Shown here piece by piece: positions 1-14,249 of a stretch of 64,000 nt of DNA (positions within the stretch are counted from its first letter, which is position 1; every line of letters begins with the position of its first letter). Origin of the DNA: Octopus vulgaris (taxonomy: Eukaryota); contig OX597830.1 in assembly GCA_951406725.2 (NCBI GenBank), forward strand, positions 63,364,001-63,428,000, given 5' to 3'. The notes below the pieces were generated by a model. The model was not told the origin of the DNA, searched no databases, and saw nothing but the letters and a program-made list of their open reading frames with translations. The position numbers and the translations under genes are program-made.

Positions 1-2305
1 TAAACTGCATTTTGTTGTGACACCAGCATGAGAAGGGCTGTCATGTTATTGGCAAGATTAACAAGTCCTCTCATTGTTTCTGTTTGTTCACCGACTACTT
101 TACTGAGCATATTGAGGACATTTTATCATTGTCTTTGTTCATTCAAACCAAAAATGACTGAGAGAGTGAATAAGACAGAAGCTGATGACAGAATATGAAA
201 GTGATAGGAGAGAAACAGAGAGAGGCAGCTACATATTGGTTATTGGTAAGGAGATTGAATAGAAAGACATGAGTGGTGTGATGGAGGATGAAGGAGTGAT
301 AGGGAAGATCGAAATGAGAGGAGGAGTCAACAAAGAGTGATAAAAGAGGGACCACTGCAAGAAAGGGGAGAGAAAGGGTGTGCATCTTGATGTGGATATT
401 CCCACCCTCACTCCTCTGTACCACATTCTCACACATGCATGCAAGAGAAGGCGGAACTAATAGAAGATATGACAGTTAAACTCTTTATTTCATCTACTTA
501 GATTCTCAGTTCAAAATACATTGTCACTTCACATCTGGAATTCTACTATGTACAAAAATAGGCCTTGGGTATTTTCTAAAGATACATGTAGTTGTGTTTT
601 GTATGTGTGCATATATAGAAACAAGTGTTCAAATATAAAATTAAGTTGATTATTATTAATAACAATAATATCAACACAAAAACAATGGTATATTATCTAT
701 AATAGTATTTTCCAATATAAGGCCATGCATTGTTTAGAGAAGATATGTGCACTCAATTACGTTAACACCAGTATTTAACTGGTACACATTTAATAGACTT
801 CGAAAAAGAGGACAATGCAAAGTTGACTCTTTGGGATTTGAATACAAATCAAGCTAACAAACTAAATACCAGAAGGTATTTTTTGTTTCCTACCATTTTT
901 ATTTTTACTACAGTGACAATGGAACAACAGAAATAATACTACAGTGTCAATTTCTGTCTCTATTCTCTCTTAATTTATCTTCTTGTTCCTTGAGGGTATA
1001 CCCTGACACCTCAACTGCACCATCCTTTCTCTCTTTCCAGCTAGGGTGGCCATGTACCTTCTCTAAAGTAAGATACCAATTCCTGTCCCTCTATAGTTAT
1101 TTCAACCTCTCAACATCTGGCACAGATCCACCCACCCCAATATTGTACTCCCACTCAGTTAGGAGGTCTTGTCTTGCAGGTTGTTTGGTGACCTCACTAG
1201 TGCTGGTGTCATGAAACAAAAAAAAAAGCATCAGGTGTGCTCTGTAAAATGATTAGCATCAGGAAGAGCATTCAGCTGTAGAAACCTTGTGAAAACAGAC
1301 GCTGGAACTCAATGCAGAGTGCTGGCTTCTCAGTTTCTGTTGACCCATTGAACCCATGCCATGGTATAAGGATGTTAAATGATTTTTATTTACTTTTCAG
1401 TGCAAATGTTTACCTTGCCTTTTGTCCTGATATAATAGTAAATTAATACTGGAATCAATTAAGTTGCTACACTCTCACATTCTTTCTTTCAATTTAGAAA
1501 TATTTTTATTAAGATTAAAAAGGGTTACAGCAAATCTCTAGTTGAACATGAAGCAAAAAAAAACCCCCAAAAAAACTAAATGAAAGTCTTTGTAAGTAAA
1601 CTAAAAGGAACTAATTGGCTGATAGAATAAATCACCACCACCCTCTTCATAAAACACCCACATTACCTGAGACACCCCACACCATAAAAGCTGGAGCTAT
1701 TAAGTCCACAAATGCTGTAGGTGAGCAAACATTTAAGAAACTCTAGGTTCATTCAGAAGAAAAAGAAGCAATGTTAGTAAAGTCTAAGAGTTGAACTGAC
1801 ACCAAAGACTGCAGTAAGAGTGTAATGAAAGGTCAGCTGGTTTAGTTTGGGGAGGTGGTAAGAAAGAGACAGGAAATAATATCAAGGTGTCCATGAGAGT
1901 GTGAGTGAGTGTGGTTGTGTGTGTGTGTGAGTGTAGGTGTTTGTGTGTCTGGTGTAATTATACACATGGTAGTGGTGGGACAGCTGGAATTGGTGGGGGT
2001 GGGGGTGGTGTTGTGTACTACAGGCGGTTGTTACAAGTACTTTTGAGATAGGAGATTTAACAGAGTAGTGGTGTTAACTGAATTAACCCTCCCTCTTTTA
2101 CGTATACATTTGCATGCACTACACATATTTATATACACTATATATGAATATATGCATATATACATAAGTTTATTAATATATATATATATATATACATACA
2201 TACATACATACATACACATACATTTGTTAACACGCATTCATCCTTATACTTGCATACACACACTGAAGCACGCACATTATTGTGTGTGTGTGTGTGTGTG
2301 TGTGT

Positions 2306-2575
2306 GACATACATGGTCAAGTGGTTAGAGTGTAGGGCTCACCATTGTAAGGTTGTGGGTTCAATTCCTGGGTTGGGTGGAATGTTGTGTCCTTCAGCAA
2401 GGCTCTTTACTTCACACTGCTTCAAGCTACTCAGCTGAAAATGAGTACCAGCTGAGTGGTGGTGCAGCCCACTCATCCTCAAGCAGTCATATCCTTGATG
2501 TTCTGTTGGGTAACCCAACTGGGAGGGCTGAGAGGGTGCCCATGTTTGCAACTACATAGCAACCTAAAACAATTA
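2306..2575 (+). mobile_element. tRNA-derived SINE
   Basis: A-box-like TGGTCAAGTGG and B-box-like GGTTCAATTCC, followed by a GTGTCCTTCAGCAAGGC body shared with copies at 26992 and 57354; sits after a (TG)n tract. Confidence 0.75.
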
Positions 2576-2895
2576 GCAAGAGTGCTGTACAGACTACCAA
2601 GACATATTTGCTTGCAAGTTACATCTATGGTTTCATACACAGGCACAGCACCAATTCAAAACCATCAAAGAGAATATCTAAGGTCAGGCTATACAATTCC
2701 TGATGATACATGTAAATATCTACATTGAGTTTAAATAAAATCTATAGCTATTGTCCTTTGATGATAGGTTTGAATTAGTGAATGTAGTTATAGTGAATAC
2801 AAGAAAACGGACGAACAGAACCATTGGTCAGAGTTTCACTTCATATGTGTAATCAGTGCTATCGTTACTCATGTTACCAAATGTTTTGTTTACAG

Positions 2896-2980
2896 TAGCC
2901 TTGAGCAAATCTACATTTTTAAAGAAAAGATAGAAATGGCTAATCTAGATTTTTCCAGATTAATTTCATTAACTGCACAG
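2896..2980 (+). CDS. Isolated candidate internal exon (SLEQIYIFKEKIEMANLDFSRLISLTAQ)
   Basis: Acceptor tgttttgtttacag| and donor CAG|gtgaga; 85 nt, open in one frame. No convincing partner exons were found, so it could be chance. Confidence 0.25.
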
Positions 2981-3038
2981 GTGAGATATGAATAAAGTTT
3001 TACAAAATTGTAGTAACTGACTGAAGCTGTTGTATCAT

Positions 3039-3267
3039 TTAACCCTTTCGTTACCAACCCGGCTGAAACCGACTCTGGCTCTGTAGTACAAATGTCTTGT
3101 TTTCATAAGTTTTGAATTAAAATTTTCTGCCAAATCTTATTCACAATTTATGTTCCTAACACTAGCTGAATGATAGCTAAGTTAATTTACTAAATTCTCT
3201 GTTATATTTAAAATAATTGGGAGAAACACAGATCATCTCAAAATAAATACAGTAACGAAAGGGTTAA
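3039..3267. mobile_element. piggyBac-type MITE
   Basis: TTAA-CCCTTTCGTTAC ... GTAACGAAAGGG-TTAA: perfect TIRs with TTAA TSD and CCC/GGG ends; no ORF. Confidence 0.9.
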
Positions 3268-3574
3268 ATAAACATCATGCAAATAGATGCATCATCACTT
3301 GATTAAAACTTTAAAAATACCGGGACACAAAATACACACTTAGGCACAAACATTGTGAAACCCTCATATGCATATATACACCTGCATACAGAACACCATA
3401 CATCAGTATATATGCACCTACAAAGATACATCAGTGAAAATAAACATAATTATGAAGAAGAAAATTTAACAATTATGTTACATGTGAAAGAAACTCTAAG
3501 CTTAGTCATCACTTGCAAATACCACCCGGTAGCCTTAGGCCAGGCACTCCACTGGTTATGAGGACAAGGGTTCC

Positions 3575-3795
3575 AGTTGATCTAGCCTACACATGAAATT
3601 AACATGCAAGTGTCTGAGTACTCCACAAACAAGCACACCCTTATTGTAGTTTTCAAGGAGTTTCAGCATAACACACAATGTGACAAGGCTGACACTTTGT
3701 CTTGTCCAAGGGTGCAATGTGCCACTGGAAATTGAACTCATGACCCTGTGATTGTGAGCTGAACACCCTAACCAATAAACTATGTGCCTGCACTC
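3575..3795 (-). mobile_element. tRNA-derived SINE, decayed
   Basis: Reverse complement has a tRNA-like head (TGGTTAGGGTGTTCAGCTCACAATC...GAGTTCAATTTC); body resembles 57354-57660. Confidence 0.65.
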
Positions 3796-6700
3796 AGTAG
3801 CTTGTATCATGCTTTCTCAAAATGCTTTTGGTGTCTATGTAGTTACAAGCAGACAGGGACCCTCTCTTGGCCCTGTCACCCATGACCAAGTGAAACATCA
3901 ACAGCATGACAGCTGGAGGAAACAGAGCGCTCTGACAGTAGTTGGCTGGTACTCATTTTCAGATGAAGAGAGCCTTGCTCAAGGATACAATGAGCAGCTT
4001 GGTCCAGGAACTGAACCCACAACTTTACAATTGCAAACCTAATATTCTAATTACTAGGCTACGACTTCACATAAACTGCCATAATTGCTGCTAAAAATAT
4101 ACTTTAAACAATGCAAAATCTTGACCCGCTTGGGTTTCACCACTTCTATCACCACATATCTTTGGTAATAGCATCCTACAGGGATGTTGGCCTGCAAAGG
4201 ATCTGGACACAAATTTGACCTTGAGACCACGTATTACTTGAAAGAGTGAACAGTGTGATACACATAACATTTTTCAGGCTAGCACAGCTTGAGTGCTGAT
4301 CCCGTATCACCATCATTTAATGTCCACTTTTCCATGTTTGCACGAGTCAGATGGAATTTGTTGAGGCAGGTTTTCTATGGCCAAATGCCCTTCCTTTCAC
4401 CAACTCTCACCTGTTGCCAAGCAAAATAATATTTTCCCATACCTAGCCATGGAAATGAACAACTTCATTTGTATGATGATGATGCTCATTTCCAACTATC
4501 ACGTGATATCTAGACAAAGGTACACATACACATATATATGAAAGGCTTCTTTCAGTTTCTGTCAACCAAATCCACTCACACAGCAATGGTTAGCTTGGGA
4601 CTATAGCAGAAGAAACTTGCATAAGGTGCTGTGCAGTGGGACTGAACCCAAGACCACATGGTTAGAAACAAACTCCTTAACAACATGGCCACACCTGTGA
4701 TTTTAATACATTTTTCATCAGCCAGTTCTGTGTCGTTAGTCAACTGGGTCAGGGTTTTCTAAGTGGGCAGGTATGTAGATAGGTAGAGTTAACCGACATT
4801 AACAAAATTATCTACTGTTTCTTTGGAACAGACAATTTTATATCAGTGGTCATACTAAACCCTGGAAGGTACTGGGATTATCAAAGTGAGCTATTATCAA
4901 TTAGTAGAGTTATTCCAAGAGTGGTGCTTGTTGTAGCTAATGATACCACCATCATTACCATCGCTTAATATCTGCCTTCCCTGCTGGCATGGGTTGAACG
5001 GTTTGACAGGAGCTGGCCAAGCAGAAGATGGCACCAGATTTCTGTGTCTGTTTTGGCACAGTTTTTATGGCTGGATGCCCTTCCTAACACCGACCATCCA
5101 GCAGAGAGGATATGAGATTGAAAATTCCTGTTATGGTTTTTACAATGTCATGTGGCACTCACCTAGATTACAGAGGCGGGTAAAAAGACCTGAGTATAAA
5201 ATGTAGAGCCAAACTGGAGGATATGGGGAGGCATGGAAACCACAGCCTAATATACAGGTAGTGAGCAGGCAGAAATCATTGGCACGCTAGGAAAAATGCA
5301 TAGCAGCAGTTCGTCCATCTTCACATTCTAAGTTCAAATTTTGCTGAAGTCACTTTCCTTTTCAACACTTTTTGGGTCAATAAAATAAGTACCAGTTGAA
5401 CACTGGGGTTGATGTAATCGACTTACCTCCTGCCCTGAAGTTGCTGGCTTTGTGCCAAAATTTGAAATCAATACTTAAGATAAACAGAAACACACACACA
5501 CACTAAAGACCTAGGAATACAAGACTCCAACAACAGCAGGTGCTGTGCTACTAGGTTAAGGGTTCGAACTCTGGCTATCAAATAAATAGGTAACAGGCTG
5601 CCTTCATTGGCCAAGTGGTTAGGGAAGGCCGTTTAGATCAAATAAAACATTTGTTCCATTGTGTAAATTTTCAAATTTTGATAGTTATTTAGCCCATGTC
5701 AGAATGATAACATAGATACTACTATAAATATAGGCATTTTAACATACACTTTTCCATCCTGGACAGAGTTTATTGAGGCAGATTGTCTATGGCTGGATGC
5801 CCTTCCTGTCTCCAAGGAAGGTAATATTTCCCCATGGTCAGACATGTTTACACAGAGTATTGGAAATGGATGCTCCTGTTTTATGACAGCCACACTCATT
5901 TAAAATCACAATGTAATAAGACAAAGAGATACAAACATACACACACTCACAATAGGCTTCTTTCAGTTTCCATCTACCATAACTACCCAGAAAGCTTTGG
6001 TTGACCAGGGACTATAGTAAGAAGCACTTGCTCAAGGTTCTGCATATATGTGTGTGTATGTGTGTATATATATTAACAAATAATTTATTTGTAATTTAGG
6101 TGCAAGGTTAGCAATTTTGAAGAGAGGATCAAAACCATAAGCCCCTGTACTTGATTGGTACTTCATGTCCATTGTACAAAAAAAATTCTGCCAGCTCAGT
6201 CTTAATAATAATAATAATAATATTAATAATAGTAATAATAGTTTCAAATTTAGGCACAAGGGCCACCAATTCTGAGGAGGATTAAGTCAATCACATCAAC
6301 TCCAGTACTCTACTGGTTCTTATTTTATTGACCCCTGAAAGGATGAACGGCAAGGTCAACCCTGGCAGAATTTGAACTCAGACCATAAAGACAGACGAAA
6401 TGCTGCTAAGCATTTTTTCCCAGCTTGCTGCCTTAATAATAATAATAATAATAATAAAAAATTTTTTTGACTTGGCATACTACCTATGTTTTGTAGAAGG
6501 ACTGAAGTTGTTTGACTTGGACCCTAGTATTTTATTGAGTTTTGATTTTGGGGAAATAAAAGACATATTCAACTGTGGAAGAATTTGAATTCAAAATGTA
6601 GCAAAACTACAGTATTAAGTGTCAGGTGCTGCCCCAAGATATGGTTATTGCTAGTAGTTGTATAGTGTTGGTAATGGTAGTAGTAATACTAGCAGCAGCA

Positions 6701-7285
6701 GTAGTAGTAGTAATAATAGTAGATTTACAGCTTTGTTGCAAGACTTCAAATACTGAGGAAGAAGTATAGTTTGATATATGACTGGTACCTTATGTTATGA
6801 ACTGCTTCACCACTGTCTCCCTCTCTGTATCTGAACTGAGAACGAAGGCGGTGGGAGGGGAGGACACAGAAACACCGCAGAGCATTCATTCAGTCCGATA
6901 CCCCACTATTGCAGTCACTTTACAACGACGACGACAACAACAAGCTCTGTGGTGAGACAAAACTGCTCATTTACAATAGTTAAGTGCGGGACATTACAAT
7001 TCATCAGATGCAGATAGGAAGAAACAGGCTTAGCAGCCCAACCTCTTCATTGTTCCAGCGACAAACAAACAAACAAAAAACCCAGCATACAGAAACATTA
7101 TTTCATATCCTATTCATACACACACACACAAACACAAAGCAAATCGTAAGCTTACTACTCAGTTCTCAGTACAAATGACTGGCAGAGCAACTAGAAAATG
7201 ACAAGAGAGAAAAAAGACTCAAAGACTAGATGCACTGTGACAAGCCTGTTGTTGGTGCTGCTGTTACTGCTGCTGTTAACTACTA

Positions 7286-7316
<31 letters not shown>

Positions 7317-8505
7317 AACTGCTGCTACTACACTGATGCTATTTAAGAATGAGGAGGAGGAGTTGGTCTGCAAAACAACAAGAAAGTCGATCTGTCGGTG
7401 GTAAAAGCTATTGATTAACAGAAACTGTTTCAGCGTAGGGCTTTCGCTTTCGACGGATGCCAGTCAGGCACAACCAAGCTCTGAGATGAGTTGTAATTTT
7501 TATGGGTACATATGGGATGGTAGAAAGAAGAGGAGGAAGCAACAAGTACTTTGCACAAAAAAAAAAAGAAAAAAAGAAAAAGAAAAATGTGGTGTGGTGG
7601 TTGCGGTGGTGGTGGTGGTGATAAGAAACAGTAACAAAGAAAAGTAAGCATAAAACAAAATGAAGACAAAATTGTCGACAACAACGACAAGAGAATTATG
7701 TTAATATATTAGAGGTTAAGAAGGAATGTAACTCAGGAAAATAAAAATATGAATTGAAGAGATAGAAATTAAAAAGTGCTTAGCATCCATTAGATAAATT
7801 ACATCTATAAAGACAATATATTGTGCATTTGTGCGACTGCATATACAGATTTGTGCAGGTGCATGTAAGCATGTATGCGCCTGAGTGCTTCTGTGTATGT
7901 AAATATATGCATATATGCATGCGCACACATGTGTGAAGGTAGATGCTTCTAAATGCATGCTTTAATAATGTGATGTAAATAAAAAACAAAAAAAAAAGAA
8001 GAAACTAAGTGTGTGAATAGTAGGTGCCTGTATGTGTGAGTGTGTGTATTTGTGTGCGTGAGTCTGTAAATGTGTGTGTGTGTGTGTGTGTGTTACTGAA
8101 GTTATTTTCCCACTTTAGTAAAGTGTTTTATCAGCAAGATAGGGAGAGAAAGGTGACAGTGGAAACAGGGGGGATATTCATGACAGATGAAGGAGCGACT
8201 ACAGAGACATTAGTGACAGATAAAGGAGAGGTCGGTGAAGTACCATTGAGAGAGATGAAGGAGAGGCTGGTGCGAGACGCCATAGACAGAGAGTCGTTGG
8301 TAAGAGAGGGGAGGGGGAGGAGTAATAATGGCAACAACAAAATCACAGATGCAAGAACAAACATAAACAATAAACAGAAAACAAGCTGAAGAGATTTTAG
8401 CTGGAGATAAAGGAGAGAATGGAATGGATGTATGTCAACAACAGGATGAAGAAAAGTCTTGTCAATTATTGAGCATTGTGATGGACAATATATATGGATA
8501 TATGA

Positions 8506-8920
8506 GAGGCACAAGCATGGCTGTGTGGTTAAGCAGCTTGGTACCCAACCATGTGGTTTTAGGTTCAGTCCCACTGCATGGCACTTTGGGCAATTGTCTA
8601 TTATACCTTCAAGTTGACCAAACCCTAATGAGTGGATTTGGTAGACGGAAACCAAAAGAAGCCTGCCACATATGTATGTATGAGTATATATCCTTGTCTT
8701 GACATCATGTGATGATTGGAAACAAATGTCGCCATAATGCAATTGATGTTGTTTGTTTCTAGTTCTTCCATGAAAAAACATGTCTAGCCATAGAGAAATA
8801 TTATCTTGGCTGGAAATATGAGACCATTAGCAACAGGGAGGGCATCCAGCCGCAGAAGACTTGCCTCAAAACGTTCCATTTGACCTATGCAAGCTTGGAA
8901 AGGTGGAATTTCACATGATG
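8506..8920 (+). mobile_element. SINE (abundant family head, (ATG)n-type tail)
   Basis: GGCACAAGCATGGCTGTGTGGTTAAG...GGTTCAGTCCCACTGCATGGCAC head recurs many times in the window; tail ...ACCTATGCAAGCTTGGAAAG...ATGATG. Confidence 0.75.
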
Positions 8921-9884
8921 TATGTATGCATGCATATGTAACATGTACACTTGGCAATCTCACTTAGGGTGTTTAAAAATCTAAGTTTGACAAACAAGGG
9001 AGATAACTCCAATAATATCAACTAATAATTTTTGACAAAATAAAATACATTGCAGTAGTTATTAGTTGATCTTGTCTAAAGCTAACTGGTGGAAATTAAC
9101 TGTATACATTGTGAAATATCTAAGTTCTTGGTTTGAATGTGTAGATCTATAAACAAAAGGCATGCCAATGATGACCATCCAGTCTTTTTTTTTATATATA
9201 CAATAACATATCTAGGACAACATATTCAATGTTTTCTTCCTTTTTTTTTCACAAAGGTAGGGCATAACAAAACAAAAATTTGACTACTATTTCCAGCAGG
9301 CTGAACAAACTTGTTGAATGTCTCTCCTTGAAGTACCTAAAACAAAAACAATAAATGAAGCTGTTCCACAAAGCATAGATCTTCATCAATCATCATTTAA
9401 CCCCTGCCTTAGCATGAGTTGGATGGTTTGACAGGATCTGACAAACTGCAGGACTGAATTCAGCTCCTATATCTGTTTTGGGTATAGTTTCTATAGCTGG
9501 ATGCCTTTCTTAATGTCAACCATTTTACATAGTGTACTAGGTGCTTGTGTCATGAAACTAATACTTGATAGGTGGTCAAGTAGGAGAGTAGTAGAGAGGG
9601 ATGTGGTATAATACAGGATGTTGAGAGGCTAAAGTATCATAGATGGACAGATAGCTGTCTTGCTAGAGAGAAGGTACATGGTGCTCCGCAAAATCATCAT
9701 TCTTTCTATATGGAAAACACATGCTAACTTGATGTGCTCTATCTATAGATTGATCTCAAATGGTTTTATTGGTTATCTCTGTGTTCTAAGTAGGGATTGA
9801 CTCAGACTATCTACCTAATATCAGCTACACAGCAACAAACAGGGTGCTATGCCTCGTGAAGTAGGAAGCTCTATCACTTGTCAC

Positions 9885-9886
<2 letters not shown>

Positions 9887-9950
<64 letters not shown>
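9887..9950. repeat. (GA)n microsatellite
   Basis: Pure GA dinucleotide run. Confidence 0.97.
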
Positions 9951-9956
<6 letters not shown>

Positions 9957-10286
9957 AATGCTTAATGAGATGGGTCCTATATTTCCTGTCCCCCAAAAAA
10001 GGGTTTCAGACAATAATGCTATACCTTTCAACACCATAACTTTAAAAAAAACACAAAAAAAGATTTCTTATGCATAAAGCAGCTAATTTTGGGGGAGAGA
10101 TAAAGGGGATTCATATATGATCCTCAGTGCATTACAGGTACATATTCTAATGTCCATCCCTCTTCTGGAAGAGGAAAGGCAAGCAGATATTTTGAGTGAC
10201 AAAGATCTGTTGAAGAAAGATTCCAGCAATGCTGATAGAAATTCCAATACAAGTAGCAAAAATCTTAAGTAGGCTGGAGAACTTTT

Positions 10287-10527
<241 letters not shown>

Positions 10528-11154
10528 GTTGGTTAGGAAGTTTGCTTAACAAACAAACACATGGCTCTGGGTTTGGCCCCACTGTGCAGCACCTTAGGCA
10601 AGTGTTTTCTACAAATACTTTGCAGGAGAAAATTGGTAGACATTTACAGCACAGAAGTAAGTCACATACATACACAAACACAAACACATACATACACAAA
10701 CACGTACATTTTTTGCCAATGAACACTGACAAGATAACCAATAAACAGACATGTTCAAACAGAAGTATCTTGCAGTATATATTTCATTCAAGTTGTCCAG
10801 GCAGTCCCTTGTCGGTTTTGCCATGCACTGAACTAGTGAACAGTTCATTACATTTGTGGCAAATCCATGAGTGGTTATTTGAAAACTTAAAAATCAATGA
10901 CCCTCTATTGTTTACAGAATGCATGATATTAACATAAATAAATAAATAAAAAGGTAGGTGAAGCATAACATTAGACAAAGCATCCCTTGCCCCACATCAA
11001 TGTATCAAGCAGCAGAAAGACCCTAGAAAATAACGAGGTGTTTAACAGACTTCATTTCCTGTGCAGGAAACAGAGGAGCTTGTTGTAGCAGCAGCAGCCA
11101 CCTGTGTTTGGAATGGGATGGAGGAATATAAAGATGGAAGTTCAATAATTTTTT

Positions 11155-11342
11155 TTTTCTTCTTTTACGCATTTCAGTCATTGGACTGTGGCCATGCTGG
11201 GGCATTGCCTTGAAGGGTTTTAGTTAAAATCATCTGCAGTACTTATAATTTTAGTTTCAAGTTTGGTACTTATTGTAGCAGACTCTTTCGCTGAGCTGCT
11301 AAGTTACAGGGATGCAAACAAACCAGCACTGGTTGTCAAGAA

Positions 11343-11385
<43 letters not shown>

Positions 11386-11615
11386 GGGGGAAGAAACACA
11401 ACACAAAGACATGCACACACATGCATAGATACACCCACACACACACACATATATATATGATGGGCTTTCTGCAGTTGCTCTCTACCAGTTTCACTCACAA
11501 GTCTTTGATCAACCAGGGGCTATAGAAGACCTTTGCCTGAGGTGCTGCGCAACAGGAATGAACTGAAGACCACAGGGTTGGGCAGCAAGCTTCTTACCCA
11601 CACAGCCATGTCTGT
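11155..11615 (-). mobile_element. Abundant SINE family copy with internal (TG)/(CA) tract
   Basis: Reverse complement of the family seen at 20880-21240 and 59779-60155. Confidence 0.75.
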
Positions 11616-12939
11616 GTTGTGGAGAATATTTAAGAAAAAAAAAAAAAAGGTATTGATTTATTTATATTGAGTGCAGTTAGTCATGGTAATGAGAGAATTG
11701 ACTGAAATAGTACAGCAGTGTGAAACATTTCTATTATGGCTCAGACTTAAACTTTGTGGTGTCAGATAATGAAACACTCAGTTATCTTTGTATTTTCTCC
11801 CACTCCTTACATGGTACTTATTCACAGCTTGGTGGATGTTGTTGATAGAACTAGATGGAGGGTTGTCTTGGTGATAGACATGGCACCATGCCAGTGATGG
11901 AATATGAACTCTCAACCACAAGTCGTACACTTTATTAACTTGGCCAAAGAGTTTTCCTCTTGTGATCGAGTATGAATTTAATAGGCCTCCCCTTGTTTAA
12001 AAATATAAATCACTAAAATTAGTTACTCAGAGGCATAATCAATTGGACAAAACAATAGTTAAGTATCACTATCATCATCATTTAACGTCTGCCTTCCATG
12101 TTGGCATGCATGGGTTGGACGGTTTGACAGGAGCCGGCAGTTCAGAAGACTGTGCCAAGCTCAACTGGATACCCTTCCTAACACCAACACACTCTACAAG
12201 GTGTAATGGGTGCTTTTTAACTTGGCACTAGTACCACTGAGTGAGGTCGCCAAGTACCTTGCAAGACAAGACCCCTCAACCGAGTGGAGAGTGGTATTGA
12301 GAGAAGTGGCTTTGTGCTTGGTGATGAGAGGTTAGAGTATGGTAAAAAGACAGAAAATATATGAAATGAATATATAAGATGATTATATATAAATGTGTGT
12401 GTGTGTGTATGTTTGTATTTCCATGTCTAGAAACCATGTGATACTTGTATAGTAGTAAATAAGTGTCATCCTCATATAAGTGGGGGCCATTTGTGTTCAA
12501 TCTTCCATGAGAACACATCTATTCATGAGAAAATATTCCCTTGCTTGGACGCAGGCGAAGGTTGGCACCTGGAAAGACATCCAGTTGTAGAAAATCTGCT
12601 TCAACAAATTTCATGATTCATGCAAGCATGGAAAAGCAGATAATAAAAATATTGATGATGATGACATCTTTCCAATCACTGACCATTCAAACTGGAGCAA
12701 ATGAAGTCATGAACTAACATTAATGGCTGTAGTAAGATTTAAACTTTATTTAAACCGATCCGTGGTCCAGCACCTGTGCCTCACAGTTAACGTGTCACAT
12801 ATAACCACAAGGCCTCAAACTTTCCAATAATAATATTCTAGAATACATTACTAAAAATGAATTAAATCAATCTCTAAATTGGAAATACTACCACATTCAG
12901 AGGCTCCTGATAAAGCAAAGACCCAATAATATAACCAAT

Positions 12940-13062
12940 GTCCCACTGACAAAGTTAGGTGCCTTCTGATATAGTCAAAGGCCTAATGACCAAAGTCAAG
13001 GGCCTATTGACATAGCCAAGAGCCCACTAACATAGCTGAGAGCCCACTGACAAAGCCACAAG
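12940..13062. repeat. Degenerate ~20-bp minisatellite, ~6 units
   Basis: Units resembling GCCCACTGACATAGCCAAGA repeated in tandem. Confidence 0.7.
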
Positions 13063-13573
13063 ACTGTAAAATTCACAACAACCAACAATAGAATTAGATC
13101 ATTGATAAAATGAAAGTCAAAGAAATTTAACTGAAGCTGCCGCAAATGATGTTGGGGCAGTCATTGATTAAAGATTCGGAAGGAAAAAAAACCCCACTTA
13201 AATCCTCAAAGTAAATTTTAAAAAACAATATAAAATGTCACATTTTAGTCTTGTGAATTGTTTTCAAATATTAGATGTCACCGAACCCTACATTATCAGC
13301 ATTTTCTGTGGATTTTAAAATAAAATAACAAAAACAAAACAAGCTCCAATTTCAAGTGTGTTGATGGCATTACATAAACATCAGCCAACTGCAATGATTC
13401 CCATCTCAAATAATTTCTGTCATTATACAGCCCTGTGTTCAAACAATCTACTGAAGAACAACATTTGTTCATCCATTCCATTCTTATTAAACGTGCCATT
13501 GATATCTATTGTGTATTTGAACATGGATGGGGTTACTTTATTCTAACATAATAAAGCATACAAATATCCTTAC

Positions 13574-13654
13574 CCCTTAAGGCAATTCTGTATTCACTAC
13601 GTATTCAGTATCATTAATCTTCATCAGATGAAGCCAGGGCTTCCACAAAAGTTC
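13574..13654 (-). CDS. Candidate stop-containing exon of minus-strand gene (phase 1: GTFVEALASSDED*; phase 0: ELLWKPWLHLMKINDTEYVVNTELP*)
   Basis: Acceptor tgtttgtttattgtag| and donor GGG|gtaagg; unique sequence; phase-compatible with upstream candidate exons. Confidence 0.5.
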
Positions 13655-13683
13655 CTACAATAAACAAACAAAAAAATATAATG

Positions 13684-13725
<42 letters not shown>

Positions 13726-14249
13726 GGTTTGTGTAATAATGAGTAAAATATGTATAAGCTAGCATCACCATCTCCTCTTTGCTGATCTGGATTGGATTGA
13801 TCAAGAATACAGTATAGCTACATACAATATACATGTGTGCACACCTACATACATTCTGCTGTATTGATCTTGTGCTATCACATTCTTGAAGCTTGCTATT
13901 AACAACGCTGTTCTAATTAATTCTCCACAAAAGTGTCTTCTACCAGAAAAGAAGTCAAATAAGGACCCTCGAGACAGTTGTTTGAGATATTAAACAGCAG
14001 CCAAATCCCCCTCACTTCACACCTTACTGTTGGCAAAAGGAAAAACTCAGTGAACAATTCACCTGCCTTCATGTATTATTTTAGGAATTCTTGAGGGAGC
14101 AAAAATGAAAATGGTTCTAGCAGAAATTTAACATAGAAGCAAAATTAATTAATGCAATACATTTAATTTGATACACCACTGTCCTGGTCATCTGTGTTAA
14201 TAAAGATCTTTGAAATTAACACAAGTTTACAACTTTCAGATGAGGGATA

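Noticed and set aside
2306-2380. tRNA-like heads here and at 26992, 33400, 38620 and 57354 as tRNA genes
   Set aside because: Each continues into a repeated SINE body and lacks a complete cloverleaf.
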